Shown in pieces: positions 1-10,200 of a stretch of DNA of 64,000 nucleotides. The stretch is from Octopus vulgaris (lineage: Eukaryota). Position 1 is the first letter of the stretch; every line of letters starts with the position of its first letter. The stretch is taken from positions 150,102,001-150,166,000 of the forward strand of contig OX597814.1 in assembly GCA_951406725.2 (NCBI GenBank), read 5' to 3'. The translations under genes and the position numbers were made by a program. The notes beneath the pieces are model-generated. The model saw only the letters and a program-made list of their open reading frames with translations, was not told the DNA's origin and made no database searches.

Positions 1-418
1 CGTAGCCGTATTTCGTCTGCAGTTACGTTCTGAGTTCAAATTCCGCCGGGGTCGACTTTGCCTTTCATCCTTTCGGGGTCGATAAATTAAGTACCAGTTA
101 TGCACTTGGGTCGATGTAATCGACTTAATCTGTTTGTCCTCTCTTTGTTTAGCCCCTTGTGGGTAGTAAAGAAATAGGATTATCTTCACTGTGACTGTGG
201 TGAACACAATCGACTCTTGACTATATTGGATAGCCATTGATTCTTCTGAGCTCTTCTGTCCCTTGTCAGATCATGTTTTACATTGCACAGGGTATCCAAA
301 ATCACCCTCCCCACCAAGCTTGCTTGGTAGGGTTGTCAGTTTAGTCACTGATGATCCAACCATGCAACAGGTTGTACTGGGTTACATGTTACCAGTAGTG
401 CTAAAGTAACCTGACATA

Positions 419-453
<35 letters not shown>

Positions 454-672
454 ATCATCATCATCATCATCGTTTAACGTCCGCTTTCCATGCTAGCATG
501 GTTTGGACAATATGATTGAGGGCTGGCGAACCAGATGGTTACACCAGGCTCCATTCTTGATCTGGCAGAATTTCTACAGCTGGATGTCCTTCCTAACGCC
601 AACCACTCCGAGAGTGTAGTGGGTGCTTTTATGTGTCACCAGCACAGGGGCCATTCAGGCGGTACTGGCAAC

Positions 673-714
<42 letters not shown>

Positions 715-1002
715 TGTATCTGTTTAGGTATTAATAGATGTGTGCATGCATACATGCAGACATACATTTACACACACCCATGCATGCACACACGCATGCA
801 CATGTATGTTTGAATGTGACTGATTGTTTGTGCCTCCTCATCTTGACATTGAATTATAGCTGTAAATGAATATCACCACCCTACAAGCAGCGTAATTCAT
901 TTTCCAATCTTCCAGGTTCTATGCTCTTATTCTTGGTACTTGTGAGTATACCCTAGCACTACACCATCTCTCTTCTGTTCTGTCTTACACTTTTGCTGTT
1001 TC

Positions 1003-1056
<54 letters not shown>

Positions 1057-2478
1057 ATTGGTCACTCTCTCTCTCTCTCTCATTGGTCTCTCTCTCTCTC
1101 TCTCCCATTGGTCTCTATCTCTCTCTCCCTCTCTTTCTCTTGTTTTTCCTCTGACTAGGTAACCAAGTATCTCCTTTACATCAACAGTGTGTGTCTGTGT
1201 GTATGTTGTGTATCTTTGTTTGTCCCCACAACATCACTTGACAACCGATGCAGGTGTGTTTACGTCCCTGTAACTTAGCAGTTCAGTAAAAAACACCGAT
1301 AAAATAAGTACTAGGTTTCCAAAGAATAAGTCCTGGTGTCGATTTGATTCGACTAAAGGAGGTGCTCCAACATGGCCGCAGTCAAATGACTGAAACAAGT
1401 AAAAGAGTAGAAGAGTAAAAGAATGAAGCATAAATGAAATGAGAGCAAAATTGTGTACAAAAGCAGTCTAATGTAGTGTACAAGAGAGATACTAAGCTGC
1501 CTGTATTTCTTTGACTGAATGGTTAAGAACTTTACTTCAGATTCATATGACTTACACTTCATTTCCTTGTCAATGGAAATCTTATATTTTAGCCAAGGCA
1601 CTTTATTTCTGATTGCTCCTGTCTACTCAGCTGGCAAAAATGAGTTGTACTTGTAAATGAAAGGGCCAGCCTTGTAACATTCTGTGTCATGCTGACTCTC
1701 TCTGAGAATTACGTTAAGGGTACGCATGTCTGTGGAGTGCTCAGCCACTTGCACATTAGTTTCACGAGCTGGCTGTTCAGTTGACTGGATGAACTGGAGA
1801 GCCAGGCCATTACAGGTCTATGTTGATCAATGCCTTGTACATGAAATTTAGTCAATGGAAACTGTAAGAAGCCTGTTGTATATGTATGTGTGAGCATTTT
1901 GTGTGTGTGTATGTGTGTTTGTGTGTGTGTGTGCATTTGTTTCTATCTTCTCTTCTCATATGAACTCTAATAACTGTAAACAAAGCTACCAGCTTACAAA
2001 CGGTGTCATTTGTTTACAATCCTTTGTGAAGGCATCTCTGATCATTGAACTGCTCACTGTTCAAAGAACCAGATGAAATATTAACTTATATGCAAACAGC
2101 TGGTGGGGTTGGTCACAAGAAAAGCATTTTGTTGTTTTAACATCCAATTTTCCATGCTTGCATAAATCAGACAACAGTTTTATTTGATCCATGCGAGTAT
2201 TGAAAACTGTGTGTTAAAATGCTGCTGCTGCTGGTGATGATAATTGCAATATATCATTATAATCATCATCATCATCATCATCATCTTTGGTGTCATCGTT
2301 GTCATCGTTTCAACATCTACATTTCTATATTTTCAAGAGTCAGATAAAATTCCTTGAGGCAGGTTTTTCTACTGCCAGACACTCTTCCTGTTTGCAGGCA
2401 TCACCTGTTTCCGAGCAAGGCAATATGTTTATTATTAATGTGTACTATCCAGACACAAGACAACCAACACACACACAT

Positions 2479-2527
<49 letters not shown>

Positions 2528-3165
2528 TACACACACACAATGAGTTTTGTTTTTATTTTAGTTTCTGTCTACCAAATTCCTTCAAAAAGCTGTAGTGGAG
2601 GACATTTACCCAAGGTGCCATGCTGTGAAACTGAACCCAGAACCACTATACATGTGTGCGTGTACTAATAACTGAGCAGCAGAAATCTGGATTTTTCCTT
2701 TAAGGGTTTAATTAATGAATATTTTGTCTGGTGTAAGATCTCAAGCTTCACATGAAACAGATGTTATTTCAGAATTTCATTCTTCTAGACAGATGTCTAC
2801 ATAAAGACTACAGGTCTCTCACTCCCAGCCATTGCATGGCCATTGACACATCTGAGTTCATCCTTTGATGAGTTTTGTATTTGTGTTGTAGGGTGTCCAA
2901 TGCAAACCACCCTCCTCACCAAGAAGGCTTAGTAGGGTTGCTAGTTTGGTCACCAAAAGCCCAAACATGTGGCAGGTTGTACATAGCACCAAGAGCGACC
3001 TGATATAAGATCTTAGTCTCTGTTTCTGGAATACTTGGCTTTGTAGGTTAGTCTTAGTGGTGTTGAGCTAGCTGTTATTAACTTTAAGTTTCAGCATGGA
3101 CATTGCTGATAGCAACCATATATGAATGTATAGGTAAGGTAAAAAAAAGAGAGGGTAAAGGGTAA

Positions 3166-3334
3166 AGGCATAGGAGTGGCTGTGTGGAAAGTAGCTTGCT
3201 TAACAACCACATGATTCTGGGTTCAGTCCCACTGCATGGCATCTTGGGCAAGTGTCTTCTTCTATAGCCTTGGGCCGACCAATGCCTTGTGAGTGGATTT
3301 GGTAGACGGAAACTGAAAGAAGCCTGTCGTATAT
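3166..3334 (+). mobile_element. 5' half of tRNA-derived SINE (family A), interrupted by the LINE + array
   Basis: Matches the 5' half of the intact copies at 35768-36172 and 56352-56705 up to ...gaaactgaaagaagcc(t/c)gtc.tatat. Confidence 0.85.
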
Positions 3335-3927
3335 CATCATCATCATCATCATTTAGCGTCCGTTTTCCATGCTAGCATGGGTTGGACGGTTCTGCTGGGG
3401 TCTGTGAAGCCAGAAGGCTTCATCAGGCCCAGTCAAATCTGGCAGTGTTTCTACGGCTGGATGCCCTTCCTAACGCCAACCACTCCGTGAGTGTAGTGGG
3501 TGCTTTTTACGTGCCACCCGCACTGGTGCCAGACAGAGCTGGCAAACGGCCACGAACGGATGGTGCTTTTTATGTGCCACCGGCACGAGGGCCAGGCGAG
3601 GCTGGCAACGGACACGAAACGGGGCGGTGCTGGCAACGGTCGCGAAACGGAAAGTTCTCTTACATGCCACCGGCACTGGTAACACATCTGCAATTTCCAT
3701 TGATCGATTTCGATTCTGATCCTCACTTGCCTCAATGGGTCTTCACAAGCAGAGTTTCGACATGCCACCGGCACTGGTAGCACATCCGCAATTTCCATTG
3801 ATCGATTTCGATTCTGATCCTCACTTGCCTCAACACGTCTTCACAAGTAGAGTTTTGTGTCCCAAGAAGGGAAGGTATGCATACGTAGGCTGGCTCCATC
3901 CCATGTAGAAGGCCACGGGTTGTGGAC

Positions 3928-6900
3928 TCACTTGTCCTGCCGGGTCTTCTCGCGCACAGCACACTTCCAGAGGTCTCGGTCTCTAGTCATTTCCTCAGTG
4001 AGACCTAAAGTTCGAAGGTCGTGCTTCACCACCTCGTCCCAGGTTTTCCTGGGTCTGCCTCTTCCACAGGTTCCCTCAACCGCTAGGGCGTGGCACTTTT
4101 TCACACAACTATCTTCATCCATTCTCGCCACATGACCATACCAGCGCAAACGTCTCTCTTGCACACCACAACTGATGCTTCTTAGGTCCAGCTTTTCTCT
4201 CAAGGTACTTACACTCTGCCGAGTGTGAGTACTGACATTACACATCCATCGGAGCATACTGGCTTCATTTCTAGCGAGCTTACGCATATCCTCAGCAGTC
4301 ACGGCCCATGTTTCACTGCCATGTAGCATGGCTGTTCGTACACACGCATCATACAGTCTGCCTTTCACTCTGTGCGAGAGGCCTTTTGTCACCAGCAGAG
4401 GTAAGAGCTCTCTGAACTTTGCCCAAGCTATTCTTACTCTAGCAGTTACACTTTCAGCACACCCGCCCCCGCTGCTGACTTGGTCACCTAGGTAACGGAA
4501 ACTATCAACTATTTCTAGTTTTTCTCCCTGGAAAGTGACAGAAGTTGGTCTCAGAGCATTTTCAGTGTTTATTGTTCCTGAGCATCTGCCACATACAAAA
4601 ACCATCTTCCTAGTTAGCCTTCCTTTGACATTGCTGCATCTCTTATGTGTCCATAGCTTACACTTGGTGCATCTTATAGAGTTTCTACCTACACCTTTTC
4701 TACAGATCGAGCAGGGCCATCTACCTGAAGGTGTTTGTGATTTGTCAACCTTCCTACTGATTACGACTTTGGTTTTAGCTAGATTGACTCTAAGGCCCTT
4801 CGATTCTAATCCTTGTTTCCACACCTGAAACTTCTCCTCCAGTTCTGATAGCGACTCAGCAATTAGAGCAAGGTCATCAGCATAGAGGAGCTCCCAAGGG
4901 CATCCTGTCTTGAATTCCTCCGTTATTGCCTGGAGGACTATGATAAATAGGAGGGGGCTGAGTACTGAGCCTTGGTGGACCCCTACCTCTACCCGGAATT
5001 CTTCACTGTACTCATTTCCAACCCTCACCCTACTAGCGGCGTCCCTATACATGGCCCGCACAGCTCTCACTAACCATTCATCTATCCCTAGTTTTCTCAT
5101 TGCCCACCAGATAAGGGATCGGGGGACCCTGTCGAAGGCTTTCTCCATGTCAACAAAAGCCAGGTACAGGGGCTTATCTTTGGCTAGGTATTTCTCCTGC
5201 AGCTGCCTTACCAGGAATATAGCATCAGTAGTACTTTTCCCTGGCACAAACCCAAACTGCATCTCATCTAAACTAACTCTCTCTCTAATTAGTTGGGCTA
5301 TGACCCTCTCTGTAACCTTCATCACCTGGTCCAACAGCTTGATACCTCTGTAGTTATTTGTATCTAGGGCATCACCTTTACCTTTGTAGCAGTTGACTAT
5401 TATACTGCTACACCAGTCATTGGGTATGACCCCTTTGTGTATCACCTGATTAACTATATGGGTGACTAGGCTATAGCCAACACTACCAGACATTTTGAGC
5501 ATCTCTGCAGTGATTCCTGATGGGCCTGGGGCTTTCCCTGTCTTCATGCTTCTAATTGCCTTAGCTACCACAGAACTATCAACTCGGATAGCTGGTCCCT
5601 CTGTTGGGTCAACATTCGGCAGACTCTCTTTATCCCATTCATTTTCTTCATTCAGCAACCTTTCATAGTGGCATCTCCAAACCTCTCTCTTTGCATCCTC
5701 ATTTAGCGCAAGTGAACCATCTTCCATGCGAACACACTTCTCTCCTACCACATCACGATTCTCTCTCACACACTGTCTTGCAACACGAAACACCTCCAGT
5801 TTTTGGTCCTCACGGCGCAGAACATTGGCAAATTTTTTCTTATCTGCTTCCCCTCTGGCTAAATAAACCTGTCTCCTAGCTTCTCTTTTGGCAGTCTGAT
5901 ACAATTCCCTGCTACCCCCATTTTTCCAGACCTTCCAAGCCTGTCTCTTTTCTCTAATAGCCCTGTCTACAATGTTGTTCCACCACCACGTTATTCTAGG
6001 TCGAGAGGGGACTTTGCACCAGCCACAGATCTGGTCAGTGGCTCTCAGCAGGTTGTCCCTTAGAAACGTCCAGCTGTCTTCTACCCCCTGTGATGCTCTA
6101 TCCCCTTCTACTTCGTCAGAGGCTTCAAGTAATATGTCCCTAAATCTCTGTCCATTTGCAGGATCTTTAAGCTTCCAGATCCTTCTTCTCCATATTTGTC
6201 GTCTTCTGGTTGTCCTCCTAGTCCTGATCCTAAAGTCACTAACTACCAGTCTATGTTGTGGGGTACATTCTTCACCTGGGAAGGTTTTGGCATTTATAAG
6301 CAGCCATCTCTCCCTTTGCCTTGTAAGGATGTAGTCAATTTGGCTGGTATGTTGGCCCGATTGGTAAGTGACTAGGTGGCTGGTAGGTTTCCTGAAGTTA
6401 GTGTTGCAAATCATAAGATTATTTGCATCGCAGAACTCCAGCAGCCTGGTTCCCTCCTCGTTGCGGGAGCCATAGCCATAGCCTCCATGTACGCCGTGGA
6501 AGCCCCCAGCATGTCGTCCAACGTGACCATTGAAGTCACCAGCCACAAAGATAAGGTCTCTGTCGTTCGTCAATGAGGTAGTCTGCAGTAGAGTGTCATA
6601 GAATCGGTCTTTCTGTCCATCGGGTAGCCCCGACTGAGGAGCATAGGCTGATATAATGGTTGCTAAACTATGATGAAGCACTAATCTAATCTTAAGTATT
6701 CTGTCACTTACTCTGATTACCTCAATTACTTTATCTACCCATTTCTCAGCGATAAGTATACCCACGCCACCAACCCCGTCAGTGTTCCCTGCCCAGAAAA
6801 TCTTGTACCTGCGTTCCTTGCCTGTGAGGAACCTAGCTGATCCTCCTCTCCACCTTATTTCTTGCATGCAACATATATCCACACATCTCCGTTCAAGCAT

Positions 6901-7095
6901 CTCGACTATCTCACCAGACCTACCTTTCAGAGTGCCAACGTTGAGGGTGCCAACCCTGAGGGTGTGGAAGGCATGGGCTCTAGAGACCCTGGGACGGTGG
7001 ACAGTAGCTTCGTGTACCTGAAAAGAAAGCTCGCATTTGGCAGAATTCATGTGCAAAAAATGAAGTAGTAAAGTAGCCTTCAGTACAACCTGCAT
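3928..7095 (-). CDS. LINE ORF: APE endonuclease + reverse transcriptase with inserted PHD finger (1055 aa, uninterrupted)
   Basis: APE motifs (TLNV, MQEIRW, YAPQ, GDFNGH, QIDYIL, QHRLV). RT motifs (YRGIKLL, QFGF, FVDMEKAFD, GVHQGSVLSP, YADD, FRYLG). RTE-type C-terminus (RRLRWYGHV, GRPRKTW). C4HC3 finger at 4582-4713. Confidence 0.95.
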   Translation of the reverse strand: MQVVLKATLLLHFLHMNSAKCELSFQVHEATVHRPRVSRAHAFHTLRVGTLNVGTLKGRSGEIVEMLERRCVDICCMQEIRWRGGSARFLTGKERRYKIFWAGNTDGVGGVGILIAEKWVDKVIEVIRVSDRILKIRLVLHHSLATIISAYAPQSGLPDGQKDRFYDTLLQTTSLTNDRDLIFVAGDFNGHVGRHAGGFHGVHGGYGYGSRNEEGTRLLEFCDANNLMICNTNFRKPTSHLVTYQSGQHTSQIDYILTRQRERWLLINAKTFPGEECTPQHRLVVSDFRIRTRRTTRRRQIWRRRIWKLKDPANGQRFRDILLEASDEVEGDRASQGVEDSWTFLRDNLLRATDQICGWCKVPSRPRITWWWNNIVDRAIREKRQAWKVWKNGGSRELYQTAKREARRQVYLARGEADKKKFANVLRREDQKLEVFRVARQCVRENRDVVGEKCVRMEDGSLALNEDAKREVWRCHYERLLNEENEWDKESLPNVDPTEGPAIRVDSSVVAKAIRSMKTGKAPGPSGITAEMLKMSGSVGYSLVTHIVNQVIHKGVIPNDWCSSIIVNCYKGKGDALDTNNYRGIKLLDQVMKVTERVIAQLIRERVSLDEMQFGFVPGKSTTDAIFLVRQLQEKYLAKDKPLYLAFVDMEKAFDRVPRSLIWWAMRKLGIDEWLVRAVRAMYRDAASRVRVGNEYSEEFRVEVGVHQGSVLSPLLFIIVLQAITEEFKTGCPWELLYADDLALIAESLSELEEKFQVWKQGLESKGLRVNLAKTKVVISRKVDKSQTPSGRWPCSICRKGVGRNSIRCTKCKLWTHKRCSNVKGRLTRKMVFVCGRCSGTINTENALRPTSVTFQGEKLEIVDSFRYLGDQVSSGGGCAESVTARVRIAWAKFRELLPLLVTKGLSHRVKGRLYDACVRTAMLHGSETWAVTAEDMRKLARNEASMLRWMCNVSTHTRQSVSTLREKLDLRSISCGVQERRLRWYGHVARMDEDSCVKKCHALAVEGTCGRGRPRKTWDEVVKHDLRTLGLTEEMTRDRDLWKCAVREKTRQDK

Positions 7096-7268
7096 AACGC
7101 TAGCCTTTCATATTTTGCACTGTATGAACATTACCTTACATAGGTCGAGACTAGGGGTAGGGACGGGTAGGGATGGTGAGAGCATTTGCAGTCTTCATGG
7201 GAAGCAACCCCGGAATGGAAAAGAAATAGGAACTTCCGGCATGCGTGGTGGGGGTGGGAGGGCGGGTG

Positions 7269-10200
7269 CACCGTAGCTGAGTAAAGAGGTTCTGTTAATC
7301 GTGAGCTAGCAAATGGGTTTGTATGAATCGGGAGACAATACTAAACGAAAAATTGAAAAATCAGAGTGGCTATGAACCTGGAGACAAGTCTAAACGAAAA
7401 AAAATGTTTGAGCTAGACAGGGTAATGAGGGAATACTGAAAGAATGAGGGACAATACAATGAGATGGAAATTGAAGAATAGAGAAAGAATAAGGATAAGT
7501 GCAAGAAAGAAGGTAGTCGTAGCGAGGTTGGACGATTCACTTAACTTTTAGCCATTCATGATCTGTGCGTATTCTTTAGATATTTTGAAGCGAGTGGGGT
7601 TAACGATAAATGCGTTCGCTCCTTTATGTATGGCGATGATGGTTTTGGGGAGGGGGGGCATAGAGGACCATGGCGATGATGGTTATGGGAAGGGGGACAT
7701 AGCGAGAGAGAGATAGGGTTAGTTAGAGAGAGAGGTCAAGGGACACGTGACAATAAGCGGTGTGAGGGAATTTGACTGGGGACGGCATTGTCGATAAATA
7801 AACATTAGATAAATAGGTTTGAAAATCAGAAAAATCAGAGGGAATATCATTATTGATAGCTAATATAACACCGTAGCTGAGTAAAGAGGTTCTGTTAATC
7901 GTGAGCTAGCAAATGGGTTTGTATGAATCGGGAGACAATACTAAACGAAAAATTGAAAAATCAGAGTGGCTATGAACCTGGAGACAAGTCTAAACGAAAA
8001 AAAATGTTTGAGCTAGACAGGGTAATGAGGGAATACTGAAAGAATGAGGGACAATACAATGAGATGGAAATTGAAGAATAGAGAAAGAATAAGGATAAGT
8101 GCAAGAAAGAAGGTAGTCGTAGCGAGGTTGGACGATTCACTTAACTTTTAGCCATTCATGATCTGTGCGTATTCTTTAGATATTTTGAAGCGAGTGGGGT
8201 TAACGATAAATGCGTTCGCTCCTTTATGTATGGCGATGATGGTTTTGGGGAGGGGGGGGGGGGGGCATAGAGGACCATGGCGATGATGGTTATGGGAAGG
8301 GGGGACATAGCGAGAGAGAGATAGGGTTAGTTAGAGAGAGAGGTCAAGGGACACGTGACAATAAGCGGTGTGAGGGAATTTGACTGGGGACGGCATTGTC
8401 GATAAATAAACATTAGATAAATAGGTTTGAAAATCAGAAAAATCAGAGGGAATATCATTATTGATAGCTAATATAACACCGTAGCTGAGTAAAGAGGTTC
8501 TGTTAATCGTGAGCTAGCAAATGGGTTTGTATGAATCGGGAGACAATACTAAACGAAAAATTGAAAAATCAGAGTGGCTATGAACCTGGAGACAAGTCTA
8601 AACGAAAAAAAAATGTTTGAGCTAGACAGGGTAATGAGGGAATACTGAAAGAATGAGGGACAATACAATGAGATGGAAATTGAAGAATAGAGAAAGAATA
8701 AGGATAAGTGCAAGAAAGAAGGTAGTCGTAGCGAGGTTGGACGATTCACTTAACTTTTAGCCATTCATGATCTGTGCGTATTCTTTAGATATTTTGAAGC
8801 GAGTGGGGTTAACGATAAATGCGTTCGCTCCTTTATGTATGGCGATGATGGTTTTGGGGAGGGGGGGGGCATAGAGGACCATGGCGATGATGGTTATGGG
8901 AAGGGGGGACATAGCGAGAGAGAGATAGGGTTAGTTAGAGAGAGAGGTCAAGGGACACGTGACAATAAGCGGTGTGAGGGAATTTGACTGGGGACGGCAT
9001 TGTCGATAAATAAACATTAGATAAATAGGTTTGAAAATCAGAAAAATCAGAGGGAATATCATTATTGATAGCTAATATAACACCGTAGCTGAGTAAAGAG
9101 GTTCTGTTAATCGTGAGCTAGCAAATGGGTTTGTATGAATCGGGAGACAATACTAAACGAAAAATTGAAAAATCAGAGTGGCTATGAACCTGGAGACAAG
9201 TCTAAACGAAAAAAAATGTTTGAGCTAGACAGGGTAATGAGGGAATACTGAAAGAATGAGGGACAATACAATGAGATGGAAATTGAAGAATAGAGAAAGA
9301 ATAAGGATAAGTGCAAGAAAGAAGGTAGTCGTAGCGAGGTTGGACGATTCACTTAACTTTTAGCCATTCATGATCTGTGCGTATTCTTTAGATATTTTGA
9401 AGCGAGTGGGGTTAACGATAAATGCGTTCGCTCCTTTATGTATGGCGATGATGGTTTTGGGGAGGGGGGGGCATAGAGGACCATGGCGATGATGGTTATG
9501 GGAAGGGGGGACATAGCGAGAGAGAGATAGGGTTAGTTAGAGAGAGAGGTCAAGGGACACGTGACAATAAGCGGTGTGAGGGAATTTGACTGGGGACGGC
9601 ATTGTCGATAAATAAACATTAGATAAATAGGTTTGAAAATCAGAAAAATCAGAGGGAATATCATTATTGATAGCTAATATAACACCGTAGCTGAGTAAAG
9701 AGGTTCTGTTAATCGTGAGCTAGCAAATGGGTTTGTATGAATCGGGAGACAATACTAAACGAAAAATTGAAAAATCAGAGTGGCTATGAACCTGGAGACA
9801 AGTCTAAACGAAAAAAAATGTTTGAGCTAGACAGGGTAATGAGGGAATACTGAAAGAATGAGGGACAATACAATGAGATGGAAATTGAAGAATAGAGAAA
9901 GAATAAGGATAAGTGCAAGAAAGAAGGTAGTCGTAGCGAGGTTGGACGATTCACTTAACTTTTAGCCATTCATGATCTGTGCGTATTCTTTAGATATTTT
10001 GAAGCGAGTGGGGTTAACGATAAATGCGTTCGCTCCTTTATGTATGGCGATGATGGTTTTGGGGAGGGGGGGGCATAGAGGACCATGGCGATGATGGTTA
10101 TGGGAAGGGGGGACATAGCGAGAGAGAGATAGGGTTAGTTAGAGAGAGAGGTCAAGGGACACGTGACAATAAGCGGTGTGAGGGAATTTGACTGGGGACG

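Noticed and set aside
4535-7068. Plus-strand ORFs overlapping the LINE ORF
   Set aside because: Antisense shadows of the RT coding sequence with no independent support.
7260-7280. Back-spliced circular RNA as template for rolling-circle RT of the array
   Set aside because: The only donor at the boundary (ACG|GTGCAC) is weak, and interleaved variants do not fit copying of one circle.
7269-7868. Hammerhead ribozyme/retrozyme, or a snRNA/5S/tRNA tandem gene unit
   Set aside because: No CTGAnGA...GAAA core on either strand and no recognisable structural RNA or Pol III boxes by eye. An HDV-like fold was not excluded.
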